From Camelus ferus (lineage: Eukaryota), in contig NC_045711.1 in assembly GCF_009834535.1 (NCBI RefSeq), positions 11,780,001-11,844,000 of the forward strand: a stretch of DNA of 64,000 bases, in the 5' to 3' direction. The position numbers and the translations under genes were made by a program. Shown piece after piece: positions 23,086 through 35,547 of the stretch; the stretch's first letter is position 1; each line of letters starts with the position of its first letter. The notes beneath the pieces are model-generated. The model made no database searches. It had not been told where the DNA came from and worked only from the letters and a program-made list of their open reading frames with translations.

Positions 23086-24316
23086 ACCCTTTTCTTAACT
23101 GAGACATTCAGGGCATGGATCTGGGTTCCCTTTCAACTCCATCCACAGACATTTTCCTGGTGAAGCTTCCACAGCCTAACCTTCCCCTATGCCCTCATCC
23201 TCTCCTTCTGTGCCTTGTTCTCCACTAGCCTCCATCTTTCCTGGATTGTCTTCCCCTGCCGCCTGCCTTCTGTAGGTCATGTATCCATCCATTCGCCTGG
23301 TTTTGGTGACCACCTGCTACTGATGGCTCTTCAACCTGTGTCTCCAGCCCTGAGTCTTTCCCACTGTCTAGCCGCCTCTGAGCCAGGCATTCTCTAGCCA
23401 GTTGCTCCTCAGGCTTCTGAAATTTAAGTCCCCGTCTAAGTTCCTTTTTCGTCCCTCCCACGCTGAGTTGTGTCACCACTTAACCCACAGACAACCATTC
23501 TTTAGTGCCCACTCCTCATTTGTAGAACAGTTTCCCCTGGGTGCCCAGGCTCAGCACAGCAAAGGTGAAAGTTTATGGTATCAAACTGAGCTAATATTTG
23601 ACAGATTGAAAATATGCTGTTGCCTCTGTCCCCTAGTACCAAACACTCCCAGCAACTTTCCCCTCCTACTTTCTCAATGCAGCCTGAATCAGTTTTCTTC
23701 TTCCTCTCTCTTCTAATACCTGCTCTATTATTTTTCAATTGCTCCCTAGAGAATGTTCCGTACCTCCAGCCTCCCTCTCCTCTTCTCCCGTTTGATAGCT
23801 CTGCCCTCCCCTTTTCCAGGCTCTGCTCGGACTCTGCCAAATCCTTGACCTTTTCTCCACCCTCTGCCTCCTGTCCTAGCTTCTCTATCTGATATTACTA
23901 ACTGCCTCCTTCTTGAAACCTCCTCCAATATCTTTTTTTTTAACCTAATAACAGTAAGAGTTAATATTTATTGACTAAATAGCACTGAGTTATTTACTGA
24001 GGACTTAGTATGAGCCACCTGCTGTGTTAAGCACTTTAAATATCTTCATTTGCTCCTTACAATGGCCCTGGGAAGTGGATACTTTTAAAATTATACCCAC
24101 TCTTCAAATAAAGAAACAGGATATAGTGGAGTTAAGCAACCAGCTTAAAATCACACAGCTGTGGAACAAGCCACGCTGGGAATCAAATGCAGATCAGCCT
24201 TGGAATCTGGATTTTATTCTAAGAGTGATGGGAAGTCTTTGAAGGGTTTTAAAAGGAGGAGTGAATGATATGGTCTGATGCATTTTTCAAAATAAACTAA
24301 TTTTTAAAGCTGTTAG

Positions 24317-24445
24317 GGGTGAGGGGTATAGCTCGGTGGTAGACCACATGCCTAGCATCCACGAGGTCCTGAGTTCAATCCCCAGGACTTCCATTAAAAG
24401 TAATTAATTAATTAATTAATTAACTTTCAAGAAAAAAAAAGCTGT
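24317..24445 (+). mobile_element. tRNA-Ala-derived SINE (Vic-1-like)
   Basis: tRNA-like head, (taat)n tail, TSD aaagctgt on both sides. Confidence 0.85.
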
Positions 24446-25859
24446 GTTAGAGTCACAGCAAAATTAAGCAGACAATACAGAGATTTCTCATCTACCCTCT
24501 GTCCCCACGCACACACCACCTCCCCTACTTGATTTATGTTTTTAAAATATTACTTGGCTGCTCTGGGGATAATAAATTGGGGGGAGGCAGAGGAGATGGG
24601 GGTCGTGGATGAGTGTGCTGGCAGTGAGGCTGGAGAGAAGGGGGCCAGTTTGAAATATGCTTTGGAAATAGTGTCTACAGGGCTTGGTGGTGGACTGGAT
24701 GTGGGGTTGAGGGAAAGGGAATCAAGGAATCTAGGTTTTTAGCTTGAACGTAGGCGGATGATGACGCTATTATTTCAATGAGAAACCCTAGAAGAGGAAC
24801 GTAGTCAGGAACTTGATTTAGGGCTTGTTTGAAACATCCCAGAGGAGAGCTCAGTCAGGCAGCTGGAGGCATGAATCTGCCACTCAGGAGAAAGCTGGGG
24901 CTGGAGTCACGCATTTGGAGCCCTGAGCACAGACGGGATTCAGAGCCCTAGATCTGGGTGATCTCTGGGAAGTAAGTGTTGAGCTCGCTGTTCTCATGAG
25001 GAAGAGACAGTCCCAGAGAGGCCAAGTGACTGGGCCAAAGTTAAACAACATGAGTGGCCCAAGGGTGGGAAGAGCATGACTGTGTTGGGAAGTACAGGAG
25101 GCCTGAAGGGGCTTTGGAGGGAACAGCGGGGAGAGGTAGGTTGGAACCTAGTTCTGGCCGACTTCTAATCCAGGCAAAAATGTGTCCTGATTCCAGAGGC
25201 CCCTGAATGATGTCTAAAGCCCTTTATTGGATTCTTCTGGGTAGAACTGAATCATCCCAGAGAACTGATGCCCTTGGTGGGAATTTAGTCCTCCCTGGCA
25301 GGCTCCAGAAGGCAGTGAGATGAGAGGGATGTTTTTCTGGACAGGCAGCTCTTTCGGGCCTCTCAGATTAAACTCTGACTTTACAGCTCAGTCTGGGGAT
25401 CCCAGGCAGCCCCCAAGATGGACAGCTCAGATGAACAGCAGGGCAGATTTGGAGAACTTTCTCTTCCTTCAGGGTTGGCAGGAGGGGAGACTCCATCTTC
25501 TCTAAATAAGCAGGAGACTTGGGCCTGGCCTCAGGCAGGGGGATCCTCTTTCTTGTCCAAGTTCCACCTCTAAGGCCGGTTTCCCCTTTGTAGAGACTAG
25601 GATTTGGTGAGTCCCAGCATCTCTGAGTTGCCCAGCACCCTTTTCCTTCCAAGAACAAATTGGGGGCACCAGGACCAAGAAGAATCAGATATTCCAAGCT
25701 GGACTGAGCATCCTGAAGAGGAAGGGAGGCGAACACAGGACAGAGAATGGCATGCCAGTGGGTCTCAGGCCTGCTTCCTGGCTGGTCTTGACAAGGTGAC
25801 CTTGAAGTGTGCCCTGAGTATATTCTTTAATCTCTAACTTTAAACTCACATCTCACTGT

Positions 25860-26196
25860 TTTTTTATTTTCTGGGGTTTTTTTTTTTGAGATGTAATTGA
25901 CATATAACATTATATTAGTTTCAGATGTATAACAATGATTTGATCATTTGCTATATGTTTATACTGCACAATGATTATCACAAATATCTAGTGCACATTC
26001 ATCATACATAGTTACAAATTTTTTTCCTTGTGATGAGAACTTTTAAGATCTACTCTCTTAGCAACTTTCAAATCTACAATACGGTGTCCTTAACTATAGT
26101 CACCATGCTGTACATTACATCCCCAGGACTTATTTATTTTATAACTGGGAAGTCGGTACTTTTTGACCTTCTTCATCCCCCACCCCCCAACTCCTC
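25860..26196 (-). mobile_element. L1 3' end fragment
   Basis: ttgacatataacattatattagtttcagatgta...taactatagtcaccatgctgtacattacatccccagg, typical of laurasiatherian L1MA-type 3' ends; runs into an N gap. Confidence 0.75.
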
Positions 26197-26422
26197 NNNN
26201 NNNNNNNNNNNNNNNNNNNNNNNNNNNNNNNNNNNNNNNNNNNNNNNNNNNNNNNNNNNNNNNNNNNNNNNNNNNNNNNNNNNNNNNNNNNNNNNNNNNN
26301 NNNNNNNNNNNNNNNNNNNNNNNNNNNNNNNNNNNNNNNNNNNNNNNNNNNNNNNNNNNNNNNNNNNNNNNNNNNNNNNNNNNNNNNNNNNNNNNNNNNN
26401 NNNNNNNNNNNNNNNNNNNNNN

Positions 26423-26520
26423 TTATTCATTTATTTACATTTGGAAGAGGTACTGGGGGTTGAACCCCGGACCTTGTGCGTGCTAGACATGCGCTCTACC
26501 ACTGAGCACACCCTCCCCTA
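26423..26520 (-). mobile_element. tRNA-Ala-derived SINE (Vic-1-like)
   Basis: gaggtactgggggttgaaccccggaccttgtgcgtgctagacatgcgctctaccactgagcacaccctcccc. Confidence 0.85.
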
Positions 26521-27660
26521 CCTGAGGGCCAATTCTTCTTCAGGTTCCTCAGCTCTGGTGTCCTCTCTGCCAAAAGACCTGCCAGGTTCCAGGCTGGGCT
26601 TTGTCTGGTCATGCTGCTCACTCAGCCCCCACGCTCCTGGCAGTGGGCCGAGTCACTCTGCCCTGTTACCTCTTAACTCTGGCCACAGGGCTTGGCACAG
26701 AGCAAGCCTCCGTTTCCACCTGGAGAGTGAACAAATGAGCGAATGAATGATCACAGTAAATGCTCCAGAGTCATTTGTTGGCTCATGGAGCTTCCTTTAG
26801 GAGCTGGGTTCCTATTCTGTCCCCAGCCCTATTCTCTAATCCCTTGGTCCAGTTTCTAAGAAACTTCCTGACTTCTCTCCCTAGCACCCAGGTTCCCTGA
26901 GGCCTCTGGGAATTCTGGGTGCTTTCCTTCAGGCCCAGAACCACACCAGTCTCATTCTTCTCCATCTCCACCCTTTTTTCTTAGCTTCCAAAGAAGCAAG
27001 GTCAAAATCAGAAAAGAGCCCTCAGGCATCTTCTCAGGATGCTCCTCCTGCTCTCAAACCAACTGCCATTCATAAACCCATCACTCACTGCCCTGAGCAC
27101 AACATTATCTATTTGTTTATTGTCTGATTATCTCACCCTCCCAGCTGTGGGACAGGGTCCATACAGCTAAACTCACCACCCTTGTGTCCCATGTATCTGG
27201 AACATAATAGACTCAGTAAATATTAACTGAATGAATGGATGAGTAAATGAATGCTGTCAAGGTTTCTGCTCTGGTCCCAGCAGCTGGGTGTGTAAGAGCA
27301 GGTCCAAGACCACCACCGCCCTCCCCTGCAGCCAAAGGATTTTTTGGTTTGGCTCATTCTCAGGCTTCATTTGGTATGTATGACTTTTACTCAAGCCCTT
27401 GAGGATGGAAAAAAGAATGGTCCCTGCCAAGGGCTCCTGATAAGGATAACTTCTCATTGTGAAATATTTGTACTCCCGCCCCCACCACAGTCCTGGCCTG
27501 TTTTTTTTTTTAATTGAAGTATATTCATTTTACAATGTTGTGTCAACTTCTGGTGTACAGGCCTATTTTTTATCTGGAAATTCCTTTCATCAGCTGACAG
27601 TTTACTTTCACATGTAACACAGACAAAATCTATTCTCTATGATCTCAGATATATTTTTTA

Positions 27661-27803
27661 AATTTTTTAATTTAATTTTTAATTCATTAATTTGGGGGGT
27701 AATTAGGTTTACTTATTTATTTTTAGCGGAGGTACTGGGGATTGAACCCAGGACCTTGTGTATGCTAAGCATGCACTCTACCACTTAAGCTATACCCTCC
27801 CTA
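27661..27803 (-). mobile_element. tRNA-Ala-derived SINE (Vic-1-like)
   Basis: Full reverse copy with near-perfect TSD ctcagat(a/g)tatttttta at about 27644-27660 and 27804-27820. Confidence 0.9.
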
Positions 27804-28489
27804 CTCAGATGTATTTTTTAAAAGGCATAAAACAAAGGATGGAGGAATATATGGTTAAAACATTAATAGCAGTTGCCTCTGGGTGTTGGGTTTATGGCTT
27901 ATTTTTTTCTTATTATTTTCTACATTGTCCAAAATTTTTCCCACAATTGACCTGTATTTTTATTATAAAGGAAACTTAACAGAATCTTTTTAATCATGTA
28001 AAACTATTCCTCTTGATACAATTGGTGAACTTTCCCTTCCAGGTAATGAACAAGTGGTACAAAAAACAATTGGTTTGTCTTCAGCCTCAGTCCTACCCAC
28101 CTTCCCAAGCCCAGCTGAGCTGTGACACTAACATACACACTCCATCCAACTCTGTGCAGGCTCCCCAAGAATCTCAGAATCCCAAAACCTTAAGAGGATT
28201 TCCCAATTCCTGTATTACTGCATGTATCCTCAGAATGGCTTGCATAGTACAGTATGTCCCCCAACCACACGGACTGAAGGCACCATTCACCTACCCTTTG
28301 ACCTCATCTTCCTCATTCAACTACCCACCAAGTTCCATCGATTATATTTCCAGAATGGCTCTGGTTCATCTTATCCTCCTGGCCTCACCACTGCTGCCTT
28401 GATCCAGGCCATCATTCTTGTCCACTTGGGCTACTGTCAGAGGTTCTTCCCTGGTCTCTTGCTTCCAGTCCAGCTCCATTGTTTTCCTC

Positions 28490-28810
28490 CTAAATATAAT
28501 CGCTTTAATTTTTAGAGCAGTTTCAGGTTCACTTCAAAACTGAGCGAAAGTATAGAAACTTCCCATATACCTCCTGCCCCTAGACATGCATTATCAACAC
28601 CCCCAACCTGAGTGGCACATTTTTTATGATCGATGAACCTACATTGATGCATCATTACCACCCAGAGTTCACAGTTTCCATTAGGGTTCACTATTGGTGT
28701 TGTACATTCTGTGAGTTTGGATGAATTTACAATGAAATGTATCTACCACTGTGGTATCATACAGAGTAGTTTTACTGCCCTAAAAATCCTCTATGCACCG
28801 CCTTTTCATT
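28490..28810 (-). mobile_element. L1 3' end fragment (L1MB-like)
   Basis: ttttagagcagtttcaggttcac...gaacctacattgatgcatcattaccacccagagttcacagtttccattagggttcac. Confidence 0.7.
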
Positions 28811-29834
28811 GTGATCTTCTGTTACCCGTGGATGATAGGAGTTTCCTAGAGCACAGTGGCATCCATGACTGGCATTGCCTCTCCAACAGGTACAGAAAAA
28901 AAGACCCTGCTCCTTTGCACAGAGGCAAGACTCCATTATCTGGTCCAGGTCTCCCTTCCCCCAGGACCTTTCTTTTACAACTTCTGCCCTCCAGCCCCAA
29001 CCACTGACATAACTTTCTCTCTTCACTCTGCACATCTTCCTCCACACTTTCGCTCTGTTTGCATTGTCTGGAATGCCCTTTCCCCTTATTTCTACCTTTC
29101 CACCCAAATTCCATCCATTTTTCAAGGTCCAGTTATTAAAATGCTGCTTTCCTCAGGAACTCCTAGTCCAAACCCTCATTGTTTACTAACTGAACCACAT
29201 GACAGCTTTCCAAAGGCCTTCTTACCTCCAGTCTCTCACTCCTTGAACCCACCTCTCACACCATGGCTGGATTATCCAGATTTAACACTATTTGTATACA
29301 TCAGAATCGCCTTTCCTATCAGTGGTCCCGACCCATGGTATGCTACTAAATGTTTAACCCCCAGCTCTGGATGAGGGGACCCTGATTTGCAATATACGCC
29401 AATTTCCTTTGTGTAAAATTGGGGCCAATTTTAAGGTACCAGTAAGACATTATTGAACTTGGAATGAATTAGTAAAAGATGTGCACAGTTGGTTCTTATA
29501 TGCCTACATAAGCAGCCTCCACCACATCACTGGTTCCCATTCAAAACTTTTTATTGACCTTCCTTAAAACACTCTTTGTATGATTGTTGCAGCTCTTCTG
29601 TAAATCTAAAATTATTTCAAAATAGGTTTTAAAAGCCTACCAGAAAAGTCTATCAGAACAGATATACAGACTCATTTGGCAAACTTCTTTCTCAGCAGAG
29701 AATGGGTACCCTCTAAACTGTTGCCCTCTGAGAAAGGAATGAGGAAATAGTGAGATTAGTTGTCAAGACATCATCCAAAGCCACTGAAAATCTACAGAAG
29801 GGTAATTGGAAAGTTTTTCAAGAATGTCTGAAAT

Positions 29835-29925
29835 AGCTCAGTGGTAGAGTATGTGCTTAAATCCTGGGTTCAATCCCCAGTACCTCTTGTTAATAAACAA
29901 ACAAACAAACAAACCAGAAAAAAAA
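29835..29925 (+). mobile_element. 5'-truncated tRNA-derived SINE
   Basis: agctcagtggtagagtatgtgctta-aatcctgggttcaatccccagtacctc, (aaac)n tail, TSD tctgaaat. Confidence 0.8.
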
Positions 29926-30495
29926 TCTGAAATCTAATCTTGGTGAGAGGATGTAACCAGAAGAATATGGGAAAGGAATGTGAATGCCATTAAGACAAGG
30001 TAGAATCTGACTGATTATATTTGAATCAGTTCTAAGGAAAGAAACTTCTTTGTGAACCAAAGGGGGATGTAAATCAGAGGGGGAAAAAAAGCCAAAAAAT
30101 TTCTCCAGTAATTTTCAGGGGAGTCCTGATCCACGTTTGTTACTATTCCAGGATTCTTTTTGAAGGGGAGACAGATGGGCCTCTTCTACACTGAAGACAA
30201 ATGTGCATGCTCTTAGAGCTGTAGGGGACTAGTCGTGAAGTATATACTCACAGCTAATTCCTTTATCTTGATTTCAAGGCAACTTGGCTACATTCTGTTT
30301 TTCTACTTGTATTTTCTTATAGAAAGAATGGACAGATGGACCAGCCAACACAGATGTTCTGTTGCTCTTCACCATTTCAATTCATTTATAAATAAGCTGT
30401 TACTGCCATTTCTTTGTCAATCTCTTGTGAGTCTAGCTGGCTTGAGTCAGGTGTACCTTCATTCAACATTAAATCTGTGATGTACCAAGAGTTTG

Positions 30496-30536
30496 CCAGG
30501 CACAATTCTTTTTTTTTTTTTTCCAGGCACAATTCT
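30496..30536 (-). mobile_element. Poly(A)-only retrotransposition footprint
   Basis: ccaggcacaattct (30496-30509) + T13 + ccaggcacaattct (30523-30536). Confidence 0.7.
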
Positions 30537-31099
30537 AAAAGCTGAGGATACAGTGGTGAACAAAGCAGCCAGATTCCTGTCCCTGTACAGGTTATAGTCT
30601 AATGGAGAAGACCAGACATTAATAAAGCAATTCCACATGTAAATGGATATTAACAATCTATGATAAATACTATAATGTTTGCTGTGAGAACATATAACAT
30701 GAGAAGCTTAGTTTGGTAGGTCAGGAAAGTTTTCCCTAAAGAAGAGACTTGACTGGAAAATAAAATGTTGGGGCTTACAAAACTGAGGACTCTACCCTGA
30801 ACTGTGGTAACTCCATAGGTCTAATGCTACTGTGGTCTTCCCAGATACTATCTCATCAACGTACGATACTATATAATATCTTACCCTTCTCCTTTTCTGA
30901 GTGTGTATGTCTTAGCCTTCTGTCAAGATTCTTTGGGCCCCTTCTATTTTGAATGGAAGCTCGTGGGGGCTGTCGTCACTCAGCCCCTTTTAAAATTATG
31001 GAGCTTGTGACTTAGCTCACCCACACAGACACTTCAACAATGTCTCAGAGAAATGAGCCAGTTAAGACTGTTACATTGTGCACAGTATGTACTATCAAA

Positions 31100-32190
31100 G
31101 GTGACAATACATTTTAAAAGTAACAGCTTTATCAAGATATAATTCACATAGCATATAATTTAATTAAAGTGTAGAGTTCAGTGTTTGTTTGTTTTTTTTT
31201 TAATATCTGAAGAGGACAACCATCACTCCAATAAATTTTAGGACATATTCATCACTCCAAAAACACACCCTCTGTCCCTTGCCCCATACCGGTTAGCAGC
31301 CCTTCTCCATCTCTTCATTTCCCCCTAACCCCTCAGCANNNNNNNNNNNNNNNNNNNNNNNNNNNNNNNNNNNNNNNNNNNNNNNNNNNNNNNNNNNNNN
31401 NNNNNNNNNNNNNNNNNNNNNNNNNNNNNNNNNNNNNNNNNNNNNNNNNNNNNNNNNNNNNNNNNNNNNNNNNNNNNNNNNNNNNNNNNNNNNNNNNNNN
31501 NNNNNNNNNNNNNNNNNNNNNNNNNNNNNNACATACTGTATTTTATTCATCCCTTCATCAGTTGATGGATATTTGAGTAGTTTCTATTTTTTGGCTATTA
31601 TGAATCATGTTAAAAAACACTCGGGTACAAGAGTTTTTAAAATTGAGGTGGAATTCACATAACATAAAACTAACCATTTTAAAATAAACAAATCAGCAGT
31701 ATTAGTGCATTCACGTGGTTGCCCAACCACTACCTCTATTTCCAGAACATTTTCTCATTCTTAAAACCAAATGACCATTACGCAGTTACTCTCCATTCCC
31801 CTCACCCCTAGCACCTGGTGGCCACCAATCTGCTTTTTGTTTCTATGGATTTACCTATTCCGGATAGCGTATATCAATGAGATAATAAATGTGTAACCTT
31901 TTTTGTTTGGCTTCTTTCACTTAGCATAACGTCTTCAAAGTTTCTCTATTTATAGTAAGCATGAATACTTCATTCCTTTTTTTGTGACTAATATGCTACT
32001 ATGTGTATATACCACAATTTGTTCATTCATGCATCTGTCGATGGATATTTGGGTTGTTTCCTCCTTTTGACTACTATGAATACTGCTGCTGGACATACTT
32101 GCATGCAAGGATTTTTGTACCTGTTTTTAACCTGGGGGGCGGTATATACCTAGGAGTGGAATTGTTGGGTCATATGGGCAATATATCTTT
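31100..32190 (-). mobile_element. L1 3' end fragments (nested), interrupted by an N gap
   Basis: aacagctttatcaagatataattcacata; aaattgaggtggaattcacataacataaaactaaccattttaaa; tggatttacctattccggat; atacctaggagtggaattgttgggtcatatgg. Confidence 0.8.
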
Positions 32191-32799
32191 GAGAAGAGCA
32201 GGTATTGGTCTTCAAAACAATGTACCTAGCAAAGTTTCCCCCTCCCCCAAAGGAAATAGCAGAAATTTCAGAAAATGGAGGAGGAGGAGTTGGGGTGATA
32301 GTAAAATGTGCTACATAGATGTATTAATTCAAGGTAGTGTTTGCCATTCACATCTATCACATCACAGGGTTCTTAAACAAAAGAAGAACCAGATTCGGGA
32401 TTTTGGTTTCCAAGCCCAGTTATTTAGTTGCTTATCCTGTTCCCCAATACTGTTGCCCACCTAGTTTACTGAAGCTAACAAGTTAGCCATGAAGTACTGA
32501 AAACCTAGGAACTGGGGGGAGAAAATTACAAAGTTAAAAGCAGCAGCTTTCTTCCCTAGAAGGTCAGAGAAATTCATTCCGAGATACATACTGATTGGTC
32601 ACCTTCCATGATTTAGAGAACGTCAGTGGAATTTGATGTCACTCTATAGAGAATTTTTTCTACAAGTGCTCGTAGACAATTGTTTTGGATACCGCAGAGA
32701 GCAGCTGGGGAAACAGAGAAAAATGCCATGTAAATCTCTTTATTTTAGGATTCAGAGGTAGAATGGCTCCATGGAAGCCACAGGGACCTACGGAGACTG

Positions 32800-34520
32800 A
32801 GGGTTTAAACAAGATGGTGGCCGGGACAGGGCCGCTCTACCTTTCCGGGTGAAACTCTATGGCAGAGCCTTTCGCACAGTTTAGAGAAGTGAAGCTGAGA
32901 TGGGTGGTAACCCGACCACACTACCGGGCTAGGAAGAGTGGAGCGGAAAGCGCTCTCTCGCGCATGTGTGGAACCGGGGGGATGGGCTTTGAGACAAGGG
33001 GCCCACCCCACAGTACAAGTTTTCTGAAACGTGTGACTCTTTTAAGTCCAGCTAAAGTCGAGGTGGGGCGTTTCCTAAGACGCATGCGTCCTAGACGAGA
33101 CAAGCAATACAGCGGCGTGGTCTTTTCACCGCCTGGCGTACAGACGACGTCTGAGGTGGAAGGGGCGGTCAGGATTCCCAACACGCATGCGCCTTGAGGC
33201 CGAGGCGTTTCCTTCAGAGGGTGTGGCGTGCAGGGCTCCTTATTGCGCAGGCGCAAGGACTGTCCGGTAAGGCTGGTGGTCTAACGCGGGGAGGGGAGAG
33301 GAGGTTGAAGGGCTTAAAAAACCGGGTGCGCCTGCGCGTTGCCTACCGGTGGGAAGAGCTCAGGATATGTGAGGGGCGGGGTCACGTATGCGCGTCATTG
33401 GATGGGTAGGTGGGAGGGAGGGTGGAGATCGGGGAGGGTCTGTGCGCTTGCGCAGTGCGGGGGTGGAGGGCGGAGGAGATACATAGCACGCTTGCGCNNN
33501 NNNNNNNNNNNNNNNNNNNNNNNNNNNNNNNNNNNNNNNNNNNNNNNNNNNNNNNNNNNNNNNNNNNNNNNNNNNNNNNNNNNNNNNNNNNNNNNNNNNN
33601 NNNNNNNNNNNNNNNNNNNNNNNNNNNNNNNNNNNNNNNNNNNNNNNNNNNNNNNNNNNNNNNNCGCGCGAGGTGAGAACGGGTAGGGCGCGCGTGCGCG
33701 GAACCTTGGCTTGGGCCTGGGAGTAGAGATGGGACTGCGCGGGGGTCGGGGAGGGGGCAGAGGGAAGCAGCGGCTGCCGCCGCACGGGGTTCGGTCGGCG
33801 AGTGGCGCGAGGTGCGGAAAGAAGCGGGCGCGCGACCCGGTTGGCGCGCAGGGTGACGGTTGGGGCCGGCCGGGTGACGTTGGAGCGACGCAGGGCGGGG
33901 GACGGCGAGCCGCGAGGCCGCCACGCGGGAGAGGCCGCCGGGCGGCCACGCCGGGGCGAGGGCCGGGGGCCAGATCGGCCCGCCGGGGGTAGGGTGCCTG
34001 GGCCGTTGAAAACCGGGCGCCGGGAGGCCACGTGAGGTGGGGGAGGGGGCTCTTCGGTGAGAGGGCAAGTGGGGGGGGTTGGCGGCCGGCGAGGAGGAGG
34101 GAGGGCGGCGTGGCTTCGGCCTGGCGCGGCCTTTGAGGAGGGGGCGGCCGCAGCACCGGAAGTGCCCCCGAGGGGAGGCTGCCCTCCGGGTCGGCGGCCT
34201 CATGGCCGAACGTGGACCGGGGCCGCATGGCAGCGCGGGGACCCCTCCCCCCAGGTCCCGGCCACCGGAAGCCCCGGGCGGCCACATGGTGGGCAGGAGC
34301 CGGCAACCCCCAGCGCGGGGAGAGCAGGTCCTCGCGAGCGCCTAAGGGAGCTTGGAATTTTGAGGAGTGAGAGAAGCCCGAGGCCCGGTTCCTGATCACC
34401 CCGGAGAGCTCGCTGCGGGCATATGTTAGCGCTTCCCCACCTCATGGGCCCCTGGAGCTTTCCTCCCAATCCTCATGTGAAGTGAGGCGACCAGCCAGAT
34501 GTAAGTGGCACTCTTCTGTG
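32800..34520 (+). promoter_or_regulatory. EIF5A CpG island with multiple alternative first exons
   Basis: CpG-dense. Canonical exon-1 end cgcgcgag|gtgaga at 33672; further donors at 33033 (gtgact), 34032 (gtgagg) and 34501 (gtaagt); many NRF1-type motifs. Confidence 0.85.
32964..33032 (+). CDS. EIF5A: Putative EIF5A isoform A upstream coding exon (N-terminal extension)
   Basis: ATG...CGT = MCGTGGMGFETRGPPHSTSFLKR then phase-0 donor gtgact; similar to human isoform A MCGTGGTDSKTRRPPHRASFLKR (recalled). Confidence 0.65.
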
Positions 34521-35547
34521 CTGGGAGGCCAGAGAAATGGGGAAACCGAGGGCAATTGGACGGGAGCCCAACTCTTCTCGATCGTGCCGACAGCGCCTTA
34601 AAGTCCTGGGCAGATGAGTTACCCGCTGTGATAGGTGCTCTTCACCTTGTCACTGTCTTTCTCGGTGTCTGGTTTGGGAGTTCCTGGTTTTAGAGTCCTT
34701 AACTCTACTAGCTTGGTATAATTTATACTACTCACTAGCTACTACCAGCCTTTTGCTTTCATTTTATTGTCATTCACCACTCCCCACTCCCCCACTTTCT
34801 ACTGACTGTACAGGCCCGGCCTGAAAATCCGACAGGACCGATGCATCCTGGGAAAAGTGGGAGGGCCCTGGAGGAGAGGCTGGGTTCCTGGGTTCCCTTG
34901 GGGAAACCAGAGGTGTTTGGTAGAGGGATCAATTAGAAAACAACTTTATTTTCTCCCCCTTGGCTGCATCTGCGAATGCATGTTGGAGAGGCGGGAATCC
35001 CCCAAAGAGGCCTTGTGGTTTCCTGTACCAATGACTGGCTCGTGTGTGGATGGGGGGGGTGGCAGAGACGGGTGGGGCTCCCCGTCCTCCGGTCTCCACC
35101 CCCCTTCCCCCCCACATTAGCCCCGCCTTTTTGCTGGCTCATAGCTGCTCACCTAATTATAGCCCTGGTTATGTGTGGGGAAGAAGGGTGGTTGGTTTCA
35201 GTGGCAAGTAACACCTGAGTCCTCCCAATACCAGGAATTAGGCCTTTGCCCATCTCAGAGATTTGGCATCCTAACTTCCTGGAGCTTTCCTTTCCCAACT
35301 CACCCCTTTAACTTTCATTTCAGATGGGGATCTTGCTTATCCCCCACCCACCTGCATACATGCACCGGTTCTTCAGTATTTGTGATGTCAATCAGTATTT
35401 AATGTAGGAACTTTGACACTGTTTTACGTGGGTAATGGAATAAAGGGCTGGGGAAGAAATGAAGCAATATTTCCAGAGTGGAGTGGGGTAAACTGGAGAC
35501 CCTGTTAACCTCCTTACTGACCCTAGNNNNNNNNNNNNNNNNNNNNN

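Noticed and set aside
26030-26746. 238-aa ORF
   Set aside because: Artefact of an N run joining L1 and SINE sequence.
33360-34399. Several 220-330-aa minus-strand ORFs across the EIF5A CpG island
   Set aside because: GC-rich shadow ORFs lengthened artificially by the N gap; no recognisable domain.
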